From: Candidatus Rariloculaceae bacterium
Lineage (GTDB): Bacteria > Pseudomonadota > Gammaproteobacteria > Steroidobacterales > Rariloculaceae
Assembly: GCA_965223375.1 (NCBI GenBank)
Contig: OZ245000.1
Span: 2,616,582-2,680,581 of the forward strand
Length of the DNA: 64,000 bases
Reading direction: 5' to 3'
The position numbers and the translations under genes were made by a program. Below are positions 53,042 to 63,002 of this stretch, piece after piece (positions within the stretch are counted from its first letter, which is position 1; the number at the start of each line of letters is the position of its first letter). The notes below the pieces were generated by a model, which worked only from the letters and a program-made list of their open reading frames with translations, did not search any database and was not told the DNA's origin.

Positions 53042-55084
53042 ATGAGCAAGACCCCCGAGCCGCCGGGCCATTCCGCGACTGCGGCAGCGCTGGCGGCGGC
53101 CGGTGACAGCGCCGGCGCGCGTGATGTCGGCGACCTCGACGCGGCCCTGTCCGGCGCCGATCGCAAGCTCGCGCCGACCCGGCGGGGCCTCGTCGAGCGC
53201 CTGATCTTCGGGCCGCTCCCATCGGCCGCGGAGCTCGGGGCCGGCGGCGCAAGCGACCACCGCCTGAGGGCGAGCGAGCCGCCAAGGGTCTCGGCAATCG
53301 TCGATGCGGCGCTTGCGGGGCTTGCGGCCGGCGAGGCGTTTACCGTCGACGGCAAGCTGGCTACTGCGATACGCACGCGGGTGGCCGCGCAGAAAGCCTA
53401 CGGCTACACGGTGCCGGCGGATTTCGGCGGCGCCGGCGGCAGCTATGTGGAACTCGCGTTGCTCGAGGAGCGGCTTGCGGCCAACGGCCTCGGCCCGCTC
53501 GCGGTCGAAATATCGGGGCAACTCACGATCGGCGCCGGCTCGCTGCTCGGTTACGGCAGCGACGCTCAGCGGCGCCTGTTCCTGCCGATGATCGCGAGCG
53601 GCCGGCTGATGGGTTTCGCGCTGACCGAGGTCGGCGTCGGCGTCAATGCGAAGCGCATCGAAGCCTACGTCGAGCAGGACGACGACGGCGACTATCGACT
53701 GTTCGCCGAAGGTCGCTGCAACAAATTGTGGATCACGAACGCGCACCATGGCGCGCTGCTCGGGATCGTCGCCCGGATCGGCAGGGGCGGCGAGCGTATC
53801 GGGCTCTTCGTCGTCGAGCTGCCGGAGACCGGCAGCGATGCCGATAGCGGCGTCGAGTTTCGCTGCGAGCCGTCGGGCGTTGCGGCGTTCACGGCCAATT
53901 ACAACGCGCGGCTGCACTTCCGCAACTTTCCGATCCCGGCCGCAAACCGCATCCCGGCCGAAGGCGTCGAGGTGTTGTTCTACTGCCTGCGGATGGGGCG
54001 TTGCATGCTGGCTGCGATGTCGGCCGGTTATCAGCGCATGCTTGCCCGCGATGCGAGCTACTACGCGATCCTCCGGCAGGGCGTCGGCGGGCCGATCATC
54101 CGCCACGAGCTGCCGCGGCTGGCGCTCGGCCGGATGCTCGGCGGCTCGCTGCAGGCGCGGGCGCTCGCGTTTCTCGCGCTCGAGCAGGATGCGAGCGGTG
54201 CGGATCTGGCCGGCCTTCGGGATCTGACGAAGTCGGCCGCGGCGAGCGTCGGCCTCGAGTCGATGATCGCCTGCGAGCACGTGCTCGGCGGCCGCGCGTT
54301 CGACAGCGCGAGTCGGGTCAATGCGGCGCGGGTGAATCTGCACCTGTTCGGCGTCGTTGAAGGCGAGGACGACATGATCCGGATGGGCATGGTGCGCGAC
54401 GTCACGCTGCCGTTCGTCCGCCGCTATCTGGCACCGCTGCTCGACGTGATTCGGGAATCGAACGTCGGCGCGGACGGGGAACCGGTGCCGCCCGCTGCAC
54501 GCCTGCTCGCGATCGGCCCGAAGAGTCTGCGGCGTTATCCGGGGCGCACGCTCGCCGCAGCCGGGCGGCTGCTGCTGCGCGCGGGCTTCTGGCGGCTGCT
54601 CGGCTGGGTCGTCTGGAACGCCGTTGCCGATCTTCTGCGGTTACCGGCGCGGCTGCTGCCGGCCTCAATGCGGTCGCGGTACGCCTCTTTGCCGGCGGGG
54701 CTCAGGCGCCATGCCTGCTTCGCCGAGACGCGTTTGCGCAGTCTGCGCTGGCGCTACCTTGCGCTCAGCATGTTCTACCAGCTCGAGCTGACCCGGGCAC
54801 AGATACCGCTGCAGCGCTTCGGCCTCTGCATCGAGCATCTCGTATCGATGCTTGCGCTGTGTCATCACGCGGCGGCCGGCGACGAGTCCGAGCAGCAGGT
54901 CGCGGCGCTACAGGCGCAGTTGCTGAAGGACAAGTACGACTCGATCAAGCTCCTGCGCGCGCCCGCGGAGATCGGTCGGCTGCGGGCGACGGTCGGGGCA
55001 ATCGGCGATCGCATCGAGGCCGGGGAGCTGTCGATGCTCGACGACGTCGACGCGGAGCCTTTCGCGCATCCGTGGGACAGTTGA
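53042..55084 (+). CDS. large acyl-CoA dehydrogenase family protein
   Basis: ATG at 53042 (MSKTPEPPGH...). ACAD middle-domain-like GFALTEVGVGVNAKRIEAYVEQDDDGDYRLFAEGRCNKLWITNA. ~680 aa with a C-terminal helical extension. The antisense 461-aa ORF is a shadow. Confidence 0.8.
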   Translation: MSKTPEPPGHSATAAALAAAGDSAGARDVGDLDAALSGADRKLAPTRRGLVERLIFGPLPSAAELGAGGASDHRLRASEPPRVSAIVDAALAGLAAGEAFTVDGKLATAIRTRVAAQKAYGYTVPADFGGAGGSYVELALLEERLAANGLGPLAVEISGQLTIGAGSLLGYGSDAQRRLFLPMIASGRLMGFALTEVGVGVNAKRIEAYVEQDDDGDYRLFAEGRCNKLWITNAHHGALLGIVARIGRGGERIGLFVVELPETGSDADSGVEFRCEPSGVAAFTANYNARLHFRNFPIPAANRIPAEGVEVLFYCLRMGRCMLAAMSAGYQRMLARDASYYAILRQGVGGPIIRHELPRLALGRMLGGSLQARALAFLALEQDASGADLAGLRDLTKSAAASVGLESMIACEHVLGGRAFDSASRVNAARVNLHLFGVVEGEDDMIRMGMVRDVTLPFVRRYLAPLLDVIRESNVGADGEPVPPAARLLAIGPKSLRRYPGRTLAAAGRLLLRAGFWRLLGWVVWNAVADLLRLPARLLPASMRSRYASLPAGLRRHACFAETRLRSLRWRYLALSMFYQLELTRAQIPLQRFGLCIEHLVSMLALCHHAAAGDESEQQVAALQAQLLKDKYDSIKLLRAPAEIGRLRATVGAIGDRIEAGELSMLDDVDAEPFAHPWDS

Positions 55085-55174
55085 GCGCGGCGGGGACGCC
55101 GGAGGCGCTGCCCGGCCAGCCGGAGTCGCTACGCGGCCAGCCGGCAATCTCATCGATCGCCCGGATCGCTAGCC

Positions 55175-55250
55175 CCGGAATCTCACCGATTCACGGGCGA
55201 GATCGGTTAGGAGGAGCAAGCGAGCGCCCGCGTAATCGGTGAATTTCCGG
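55175..55250. repeat. REP-like imperfect palindromic element, family 2 (copy B)
   Basis: ccggaatctcaccgattcacgggcg (55175-55199) pairs with cgcccgcgtaatcggtgaatttccgg (55225-55250) around a 25-nt loop (gatcggttaggaggagcaagcgag). It is homologous to 18837-18897. Confidence 0.75.
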
Positions 55251-55251
55251 G

Positions 55252-55602
55252 CTAGATTCTGGTCTTCGTCGCTGCAGTAGCCTCGTCCCCGGTGTTCGGC
55301 GTGCCTGCCGGTTCGATCACCAGGACGTGCGCCTCTTCGTCGGCAACCGGGCAATGCTCGACACCCCGGGGCACGACGAACATCTCGCCCGCCGACAGGT
55401 GCACGTCACCATCGCGCAGCCTGATCGTCAGACGTCCTTTCAGCACCAGAAAGAAGTCGTCGGTATCCGGATGCGAGTGCCAGTTGAACTCACCTTGCGC
55501 CTTGACGACCATCACGTCGTGACCCTTGAACGTGGCCACGATCTTCGGCGACCAGTGATCGGCGAACGCGGCGAGCTTTGCGTTGAGGTTTATCGTGCTC
55601 AT
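55252..55602 (-). CDS. cupin domain protein
   Basis: 116 aa. GEFNWHSHPDTDDFFLVLKG...GEMFVVPRGVEHCP (cupin motifs 1 and 2). Confidence 0.8.
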   Translation of the reverse strand: MSTINLNAKLAAFADHWSPKIVATFKGHDVMVVKAQGEFNWHSHPDTDDFFLVLKGRLTIRLRDGDVHLSAGEMFVVPRGVEHCPVADEEAHVLVIEPAGTPNTGDEATAATKTRI

Positions 55603-55634
55603 GCTGTTGCTGTGACGCGATTCGCCCGCCGCGG

Positions 55635-57425
55635 CTATAGCCCGGAAAGCTGCATGCGCAGCTCTCTGAACTCCGGCTGCTCCAGTCGGGCGTCGCCGTA
55701 AATATTCGCTCTCAGCATCATGAGGTTGAAGAAGCCGTCATCGACTTGCGCCCCATCGACTTTGGCGACGGCGCGTTCGAGCCATTGTCGTGCGTCGTCG
55801 ACGGCGTCGACGGCCAGGCTCGCGAGGATGCGGCTGCCCGTGTCGTCCGACCGTGTGCCAATTGCCTGCTCGAAACGGGTGTGAAATTCTTCGGCCTTGT
55901 CCGATCGACCGTTTCTCGAATAGGCGTACGCGAGGGCCGCAAGTGCCAGCGGCGGCCCGGTACGGTTGCCGACTATCAGGTCTTCCGCGGTCTGCAACGC
56001 GTTGCTGGCCGCATCCGTGTTACCGATGATGTTCTCGACATGACCGAGCCACAGATGGACGAGGCCGCTGCGCGGCGCAAGCTCGACGGCGGCACGAAGC
56101 TCGCGCAGGGCTTCCGGGATTCGGCCGCCATAGGCATAAACCGCGCCGACGGTCTGGCGAAGATCGGCATTGTTGGGGTCGAGTTCGACGGCGCGCCTGC
56201 CCGCTTCGATCGCGCTGTCGTAGTCCCCGACGAACGACTGAAGCTGCGAATACTCGGCGAGCAGCACCGAATGACCGGGATTGAGCTCGATCGCGTTTTC
56301 GAGGGATCGCTCGGCGTCGGTCCAGCGCCAATAGGGCGTGTCCATGCTCGCGAGGGCGAGATAAGCGAATGCCGCAGTCGGGTCGAGACTCAGCGCGCGG
56401 TTAGCGCTCCCACGGGCCAGCTGCTCCTGCGCGTCACGCTCGTCGGCGGCACCTGCGGTGGGGAACGTGTCGATGATCTGATTCGCTTCGTACCAGGACC
56501 TGAGCGCGTACGCGAGTGCGAACTGATCGTCGATCTCGAGCGCCTGGTCGAGCAGCCCCAGCACCTCGTCGCGCCGATCGGAGCGGTTCCCCGTCTCGCG
56601 ATAGATCTCGTTCGCTCTGAGGTACAGCGTGTAGGCCTCGGCCGACGCCGACGCCTCCCGGGTCAGAGCCAGCGCCTCTTCCGCCAGCAGAGTGGCTTCG
56701 AGACCTTCGGCGACCCGCATCGCGATGTCCGTCTGAACCGCGAAGATGTCATCGAGATGCCGATCGTAGATCTCCGACCACATGTTCGTGCCGGTCATCG
56801 GGTCGATGAGCTGCACGGCCACGCGCACGCGGCTGCCCGCGTATTGCACCGAGCCCGTCATGATCGTTTCGACGTTGAGCTGGCGGGCGATCTGGTCGAG
56901 CGCCGTCTCACCGTCGCCGTACCGCGCCACGGACGTGCGCGCGATGACGCTCATGTCGCGGACCTTCGCAAGCTCGTTGACGACCGTATCGTGTATGCCG
57001 GACGAGAAGTACGCGTTGTCCGGATCCGGGCTCAGGTTCGCGAACGGGAGCACGGCAACAGAATTGTCGAGTGCCGAAGCGTTACCGATTCGTCCCAGCA
57101 GCAACACACCAACAGCGAGTGCCAGAGCGCCGATGATCAGAAAGTCGATCCGCTGTCTGGTCAGCTTGCCGATGCCGTAACGCCCGTCCGACGATTCGGT
57201 CCGAACGATGCCGGCAGGCGTCAGGTCGTAGATCCAGGCCATGACGATGCAGACAGGGAAGCCGAGAGCGATGACCACGATAAAGCTCTGCAGGACCCAC
57301 GGCGGGGCCTCGAAGGCCGGAAACACGATCGCGGCAACCTGCACGACCAGCCATGCGACGACGGCATATGCTGCCGCCACTCTGAACACGTGTCGTCTCG
57401 AAAGCTCGCCGAACAGGCTGGCCAT
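55635..57425 (-). CDS. membrane-anchored TPR-repeat protein
   Basis: N-terminal FRVAAAYAVVAWLVVQVAAIVFP and a second TM segment. A TolB-N-like region follows (SVAVLPFANLSPDPDNAYFSSGIHDTVVNELAK), then multiple TPR-like repeats. Confidence 0.7.
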   Translation of the reverse strand: MASLFGELSRRHVFRVAAAYAVVAWLVVQVAAIVFPAFEAPPWVLQSFIVVIALGFPVCIVMAWIYDLTPAGIVRTESSDGRYGIGKLTRQRIDFLIIGALALAVGVLLLGRIGNASALDNSVAVLPFANLSPDPDNAYFSSGIHDTVVNELAKVRDMSVIARTSVARYGDGETALDQIARQLNVETIMTGSVQYAGSRVRVAVQLIDPMTGTNMWSEIYDRHLDDIFAVQTDIAMRVAEGLEATLLAEEALALTREASASAEAYTLYLRANEIYRETGNRSDRRDEVLGLLDQALEIDDQFALAYALRSWYEANQIIDTFPTAGAADERDAQEQLARGSANRALSLDPTAAFAYLALASMDTPYWRWTDAERSLENAIELNPGHSVLLAEYSQLQSFVGDYDSAIEAGRRAVELDPNNADLRQTVGAVYAYGGRIPEALRELRAAVELAPRSGLVHLWLGHVENIIGNTDAASNALQTAEDLIVGNRTGPPLALAALAYAYSRNGRSDKAEEFHTRFEQAIGTRSDDTGSRILASLAVDAVDDARQWLERAVAKVDGAQVDDGFFNLMMLRANIYGDARLEQPEFRELRMQLSGL

Positions 57426-57637
57426 GGCGTCTCTTCTCGTTTGCCTGATTCTAACTCAGGCTCCTTGTGGTATCCGCCGTGGGCACCGGTCGAGCCGTCC
57501 TCCGGAAGTCCGGACTGGCCGGCCGACGTGCAGAGAAGATGGCGTGCTACTGGGGCCTTATGCTGCGGGCATCAGGGCGCAATCCCGGGCCGTTCATCCC
57601 TACCAGTGGCCGTAACAGGCGGCGAGTACCGCAGCAC

Positions 57638-60103
57638 TTAGCAATGCCGCAGCGCCTCTGTCGCATCCCGCCTCGATGCGCCGTAAGCCGGCACGAAACT
57701 CGCGAGTGCGACGACTGTGACCAGCGTCAGAGCGACGCCAATGAAGGTTGCAGGGTCGGCCGCACCGACGTCGTAGAGAAAGATTCTGAGGAGATGTGTC
57801 AGGATCAGGGCTGCAACCGAGCCGACCAGCACCCCGACCACAGCCAGAATCACCCCCTGTCCGAGGAAGAGCCTGATCACGTCCCGGCCGCGTGCACCGA
57901 AAGCGACGCGAACTCCGATTTCAGGCACCCGTTCGGTTGCAACATAGGCCGTGACGCCGTATACCCCGATGCCCGCCAGCGCCAGTGCGACCGCCCCGAA
58001 GATCGAAACGAGGAGCAGGACGAAGCGGCGATCCGTGACGGACGCGGTCTTGACTTCGCTGAGGGCTCTGAGCGCAATCGGTACCAACGGATCCAGCGCC
58101 ATCGCGACACGGCGCGCAGCCGGCGCAGTGCCAGCGTTCACCTCGGCGCCCTGCATCACAATGTGGAACGCACTGACTGTGCGCGTTCGCTGACGATAGT
58201 CCACATAGAATGTCGGGCGCGGTTCAGTGCCAAGGGCGCGCTCCTGAATGTCGCCGACAATGCCGACGATTGTGAAAGGCGTCAGATCCCCGTCCATGTT
58301 GCCGAATTGAACCAGCCTGCCGAGCGGGTCCTCCCCGGGCCAGGTTTCCGCCGCGAGGGAAGCACTGACGACTGCAACGTGCGTGGTGTCGGCCGTATCG
58401 CGCTCGTCGAATAGCCGGCCATCGATTAGCGGGATGCCCATTGCTCCGAAGTATCCGGCGCTCGCGATCCGAAACTCCGCGTTGCCGACTCGTTCCGGCT
58501 GTCGTGCGAGTGTGAGATGGTCTTCGAAGCTCGAAATCTCGTCAGGACGTTGCAGCTTCACGAACGTGCCGTTCGGATCGAAACCTTCGCCCAGCGGTAG
58601 ACGACTCACACCACCGACTCGCTCGACGCCGGGCAACGCGCCCAGCTGGGTCATGAGTCGTTCGATGAACGCGGCGTTGGCCGACGTGGCCGCGTCATCG
58701 CACGTCATGCTGTTCGCCGTCACTGTGCAGGGCGGGCGCCGCAGCCACAGGTCCATCACGATCCCGCCGTCGGTACGATAGCCCGGGTTCGTATCGAGCA
58801 GCGCGACAAAGCTTCGGGCTAGCAGTCCGGCCGCGACCAGCAGCACAACCGTCAAAGAAATCTGCGCCACGACCAGGACTTCACGGAATCTGTGACTCGC
58901 TGCATCGCCGCCCCGCGTGCGCTGACCGTCAGCCAGAATGGGGCGCAGGTTACGCTTCCTGGTGCGAAGCACTGGGACCAGCGCCATCAATGCCGCCGCG
59001 AGCACCGAGATCGCAAGCGCGAATGCGAGCGCGCGCCAATCGACGTCGATGTTCTCCGCGCGCGGCAACGCGACTGGGGCCATGAGCAGCAGTGCGGGCA
59101 TCGCCGCCCGCGCGATCACAACGCCGAGGAATGCACCGGCGAGTGCCAGGACGAGCGACTCGGCGAGAATTGCCCGTGCGATCCGGCTGACCGGGGCGCC
59201 CAGCGCGACGCGCACTGCCGATTCATGCTCACGAGCGAGACCGCGCGCGAGCAGCAGGTTGGCAACGTTCGCGCATGCGACGACGAGCAACACACCTGCG
59301 GCTCCGAGCAGTAGTGTCAGCGCGGCTCGCAGGTCACCCACGAGTCCATCGAGCAGGGAACGCACGTCGGCATCGACCATATCGGCGTCGTCGCCATGCT
59401 GCTGTTTCAGTCGCCGCGCGATTGCGCTCAGTTCCTGTTGGGCCTGGGTTATGGAGACACCCGATCGCAGGCGTCCTATGACGCGATAGTTGTGCGCCGT
59501 TCGATTCTCGGTCTGAACGGGTCGCGGCACCCAGAACTCCGTACCGGCGGGGAAGTTGAAGTCCGGCGGCATGACGCCGACGATCGTGTAACTGCGGTTG
59601 CCCTCTGCGACGGAGTGCGCAGCCAGGTCGTCCGTACCGCCGAGGCGACCCTGCCAGTAGCCGTAGCTGACGACCGCGCCCTGATTGTCGACCGGCGAGC
59701 CGTCGGCCCCGAAGACCCTGCCGCGCATCGCTTCGACACCGAGCACGTCGAAGAACTCGGGTGAAACGCCTGCTCTGATCGCGCGGAAGCCGGCGCCCGA
59801 TGAGACAACGGAGATCGGACCGGCATAGTAGGCCGCCATTGCGTCGAAGCTCTCGCCCTGATCCTTCAGGTCCTCGAAGTCCGGGTGCGAAGTGCTGCCG
59901 ATGTTGCCGCTTTCGAATTCGGTCCAGATTTCGGTTAGCCGATCCGAATCCGGATACGGCAGGGCGCGCAGCAGCACGCCGCTGACGACACTGAAGATCG
60001 CAGTGCTGGCCCCTACGCCGAGCGCAATGGTAAGGATGGCGGACGCGGCGAACCCGGGCTTATTCGACAGAGCTCGCACAGCGAGACGTAAATCGGCAAG
60101 CAT
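57638..60103 (-). CDS. ADOP-type duplicated MacB/FtsX-like permease
   Basis: 821 aa. Family-typical N-terminus MLADLRLAVRALSNKPGFAASAILTIALGVGASTAIFSVVSGVLLRALPYPDSDRL. Two MacB-periplasmic-plus-FtsX halves. No adjacent ABC ATPase. Confidence 0.85.
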   Translation of the reverse strand: MLADLRLAVRALSNKPGFAASAILTIALGVGASTAIFSVVSGVLLRALPYPDSDRLTEIWTEFESGNIGSTSHPDFEDLKDQGESFDAMAAYYAGPISVVSSGAGFRAIRAGVSPEFFDVLGVEAMRGRVFGADGSPVDNQGAVVSYGYWQGRLGGTDDLAAHSVAEGNRSYTIVGVMPPDFNFPAGTEFWVPRPVQTENRTAHNYRVIGRLRSGVSITQAQQELSAIARRLKQQHGDDADMVDADVRSLLDGLVGDLRAALTLLLGAAGVLLVVACANVANLLLARGLAREHESAVRVALGAPVSRIARAILAESLVLALAGAFLGVVIARAAMPALLLMAPVALPRAENIDVDWRALAFALAISVLAAALMALVPVLRTRKRNLRPILADGQRTRGGDAASHRFREVLVVAQISLTVVLLVAAGLLARSFVALLDTNPGYRTDGGIVMDLWLRRPPCTVTANSMTCDDAATSANAAFIERLMTQLGALPGVERVGGVSRLPLGEGFDPNGTFVKLQRPDEISSFEDHLTLARQPERVGNAEFRIASAGYFGAMGIPLIDGRLFDERDTADTTHVAVVSASLAAETWPGEDPLGRLVQFGNMDGDLTPFTIVGIVGDIQERALGTEPRPTFYVDYRQRTRTVSAFHIVMQGAEVNAGTAPAARRVAMALDPLVPIALRALSEVKTASVTDRRFVLLLVSIFGAVALALAGIGVYGVTAYVATERVPEIGVRVAFGARGRDVIRLFLGQGVILAVVGVLVGSVAALILTHLLRIFLYDVGAADPATFIGVALTLVTVVALASFVPAYGASRRDATEALRHC

Positions 60104-60148
60104 CTTTCCTAATCCCTACATCGCGCCGGCCTTGAGACCCTCCGGCTT

Positions 60149-62686
60149 CTATTCCGCTCTGAGCGTCGCCATCGGATCGACCATCGCGGCACGGCGGGCG
60201 GGCAGATAGCTCGCGAGCGCAGCAGCGGTCAGAACGACGCCGATCGCCGCAAGGTAGGCTGCCGGGTCGAGAGCTTCGATGCCAAACAACAGCGACGACA
60301 TTGATCTTCCCAGCGGCGCGGCGACGCTAAGCCCGACCACGATGCCGGTTCCGCAAAGCGACAGTCCGTAGAGCAGAAACATCCTTCTGATTCTTCGCGG
60401 CTCGGCACCGAGAGCGGACCGAATACCGATTTCACGTGTTGTCTGCGAGACCACGTAGGCGATGACGCCGTAAATTCCGACGATTCCGAGTAACAGAGCC
60501 ATGCCACCGGCGATGGAGAGCGTCACTAGAGTGAACGACGTGCGCCCGAGTGAACGGGCGTAGAGGTCCTGCATCGTCCGGGGTTGGCCGAGCGGAATAC
60601 TCGCACTAACCGACCAGATCGCTTGACGGATTTCTTCGACGAGGCTCCCCGTACCCGCACGCTGCGTGCGTATCGAGAAGGCGACCGCTGACCTTCCCAG
60701 CAGAGGAGCGCCGTACAGATCCTCCGCAAGCACCGGCAAGTAGGCGAACGTTGGGGCCTGTTCGCCGAGGCTGGTTTCGCTGACGTCCTGTACCACGCCG
60801 ATTACTGTGCGCCACGCGTCCGTTTCGAGCGGAGTGCGGATGCGTTTACCGAGTGCGCCGGCGGGTTCGGCCGCCAACTCGCGAGCGAAATTCTCCGAAA
60901 TCAGAGCGACCCGGCCGCCCAATTCGATGTCGCTCCAGGATATATCCCGTCCTGCAATGATTCGCGTGCCCATGGCATTGAAATACCCTGGCGAAACGAA
61001 CTTTCGTCCACGCGCAGGTGCGAAGTCTCCCGGCGCAACTATTTGCCCCTCGACCTGCATGGGCCCGTTGTCGAAAAACGGACTTTCCATCGGTAGCAGA
61101 TTCGCAAATCCGACCGCCGCGACGCCGGGAAGCGCCGCAATCCTTTCCTGAATCTCTTTTTCCATTCCCGTGAATCTCGCGGGCTCCGGATACATAGAGG
61201 TCGGGATGAATATCCGCACGGTTTGAATCGTTGCTGGATCCTCAAAGCCGGGGTCGACGTCCTGCAAGGCCTGAAACGTCCGGATCATCAGTGCCGCGGT
61301 AACGACTAGCACGAAAGCAAGCGCGACCTGCGCGATCACCAGGATGTTGCGTGTCGCGCTCCGTTCGCGGCTCGTGCTCGATCCGCGCGCAGACAGGTCC
61401 TTGGTCAGCTCGAAATGCCGTACGTGTTTGAGCGCCGTGATGACGCCGATCGTCATCGTCGACATCAGCGCAATGACGACCGTAAAAACGAGCACCGGCA
61501 AATTGAGCGCGACTTCCTGAAGGCGTGGCAGGTTGGCGGGCGCGATGGCAAGCAAGGCCTGTAGAGAGATGTAGGCGAATCCGAGTCCGAGTACTCCGCC
61601 GGCTGCACCCAACAGCAGGCTTTCGACCAGTATCTCTCTCGCGACTCGGTATGGCACAGCTCCGAGCGCAGCACGGACCGCAAACTCCTGACGTCTGGCG
61701 TCGCTTCTGACGAGTGTCAGATTCGCGGTGTTCGCACAGGCAATCAGCAGCACTGCTCCGATCGCACTCATCAGAATCCAAAGCGTACTCGCCACTCCCC
61801 CGACCAGACTTTCCTTCCATGGACGGACAACGGGGGTCATCCCTACGTCGTCAATCGCGTCCCGTGTCAGTCCCGGGAAAAGGGGCCATGCGTCGAGCCA
61901 GACGTCCCACATGCGCTCGAGATCGGCGTGAGCGTCGGTCGGCGTCGTTGCGGGCTTGAGGCGTGCAAAGGTCTGAAAGCTGAAATTCGCCCGGATCGTT
62001 TGCGCCGCCGGATCGAGTCGTATCGCCAGGATCAGATCGGGTTCTTGCGGTAGCGCGAGGAAACTGAAGTCGGGCGGCATGATGCCGACGACCCGAGAAG
62101 GGCCCGAGAGAGGCAGCGTGCCCGCGCCGCCCGGTGCTTCGATCGACAGGTCGCGCCCGAGTATGGAGTCGTCACCGCCGAAGCGGCGTTGCCAGAACGA
62201 GTGCGAAAGAATTACCGGCAGCGGACCTGCGCTTCCCGGCCCGTGCTCCTGCTCAGTGAAACCACGACCCCGCATCGGCTGTACGCCCAGCGCCTGGAGG
62301 GTGCCTTGTGTCACCTGGAGAGACCGCACCCGCTCCGGTTCACCCAGACCTGTCAGCGTGACATCCCCGGCCTGCCACATACCGATGCCGTCGAACGTCC
62401 GATTCTCTTCTCGGTAAGTAAAGAACATCGACGGATCGGAACCACCGAGGCTCGCGTTAGGGATACCGGTGGGCAGGTACTGGATACTCACCAACGCATC
62501 TGATTCCGGGAATGGCAAGGGCTTGACGAGTACGGAGTAGACGACGCTGAAGATCGCGGTGGTCGCACCGATGCCGATTGCGAGCGTGAGCGCGCCGGCG
62601 AGCGAGAAGCCAGGTTGCCGTGCGAGGCCGCGCAGCGCACGGCGCAGATCGTGACCCACGGAATCGAAACGGTACATGATGCTCAT
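60149..62686 (-). CDS. ADOP-type duplicated MacB/FtsX-like permease (paralogue)
   Basis: 845 aa. HDLRRALRGLARQPGFSLAGALTLAIGIGATTAIFSVVYSVLVKPLPFPESDALV. Same two-half architecture. GC is visibly lower (~55-60% in sampled lines) than upstream genes. Confidence 0.85.
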   Translation of the reverse strand: MSIMYRFDSVGHDLRRALRGLARQPGFSLAGALTLAIGIGATTAIFSVVYSVLVKPLPFPESDALVSIQYLPTGIPNASLGGSDPSMFFTYREENRTFDGIGMWQAGDVTLTGLGEPERVRSLQVTQGTLQALGVQPMRGRGFTEQEHGPGSAGPLPVILSHSFWQRRFGGDDSILGRDLSIEAPGGAGTLPLSGPSRVVGIMPPDFSFLALPQEPDLILAIRLDPAAQTIRANFSFQTFARLKPATTPTDAHADLERMWDVWLDAWPLFPGLTRDAIDDVGMTPVVRPWKESLVGGVASTLWILMSAIGAVLLIACANTANLTLVRSDARRQEFAVRAALGAVPYRVAREILVESLLLGAAGGVLGLGFAYISLQALLAIAPANLPRLQEVALNLPVLVFTVVIALMSTMTIGVITALKHVRHFELTKDLSARGSSTSRERSATRNILVIAQVALAFVLVVTAALMIRTFQALQDVDPGFEDPATIQTVRIFIPTSMYPEPARFTGMEKEIQERIAALPGVAAVGFANLLPMESPFFDNGPMQVEGQIVAPGDFAPARGRKFVSPGYFNAMGTRIIAGRDISWSDIELGGRVALISENFARELAAEPAGALGKRIRTPLETDAWRTVIGVVQDVSETSLGEQAPTFAYLPVLAEDLYGAPLLGRSAVAFSIRTQRAGTGSLVEEIRQAIWSVSASIPLGQPRTMQDLYARSLGRTSFTLVTLSIAGGMALLLGIVGIYGVIAYVVSQTTREIGIRSALGAEPRRIRRMFLLYGLSLCGTGIVVGLSVAAPLGRSMSSLLFGIEALDPAAYLAAIGVVLTAAALASYLPARRAAMVDPMATLRAE

Positions 62687-62875
62687 TTCGCCGCACGGAG
62701 AACGTCACCAGGACGACAAACTGGTACTGCGAGAACCGTGCCAGGCATTGGCGACGAGTCGGCCCCGTCGGGCATACCGCCCTAAACACCTGCGCCGTTG
62801 TGGCCGTAAGAGATTCTTCCCGGATTCGTCCGCGGCGTCCCACTTGCGGGACTGCGGAGCGCCGCGGAATACCCC

Positions 62876-62894
62876 GGAAATGGGGGCCCGGTAG
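62876..62894. repeat. att-like direct repeat of the tRNA-Ile 3' end
   Basis: ggaaatgggggcccggtag matches ggaaatggtgggcccggtag at 63662-63681 with one 1-nt deletion and the same orientation. The second copy comprises the last 15 nt of the tRNA, including CCA, plus 5 nt of downstream flank. Confidence 0.7.
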
Positions 62895-63002
62895 CCACCG
62901 AATGAGAGGCCACATGCCTCTCTAATCCTAGCGAAGCACCGACCCACGCAAGTAACGGTATCCTGTGCTATACAAGAAAGTACTTCCTGCGGCCATAAGC
63001 CC

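Noticed and set aside
62687-63002. Expected a PadR-family regulator ORF upstream of the ADOP permeases.
   Set aside because: Only short Arg-rich ORFs without a winged-helix pattern are present. No regulator is called, and its absence is noted in the ADOP finding.
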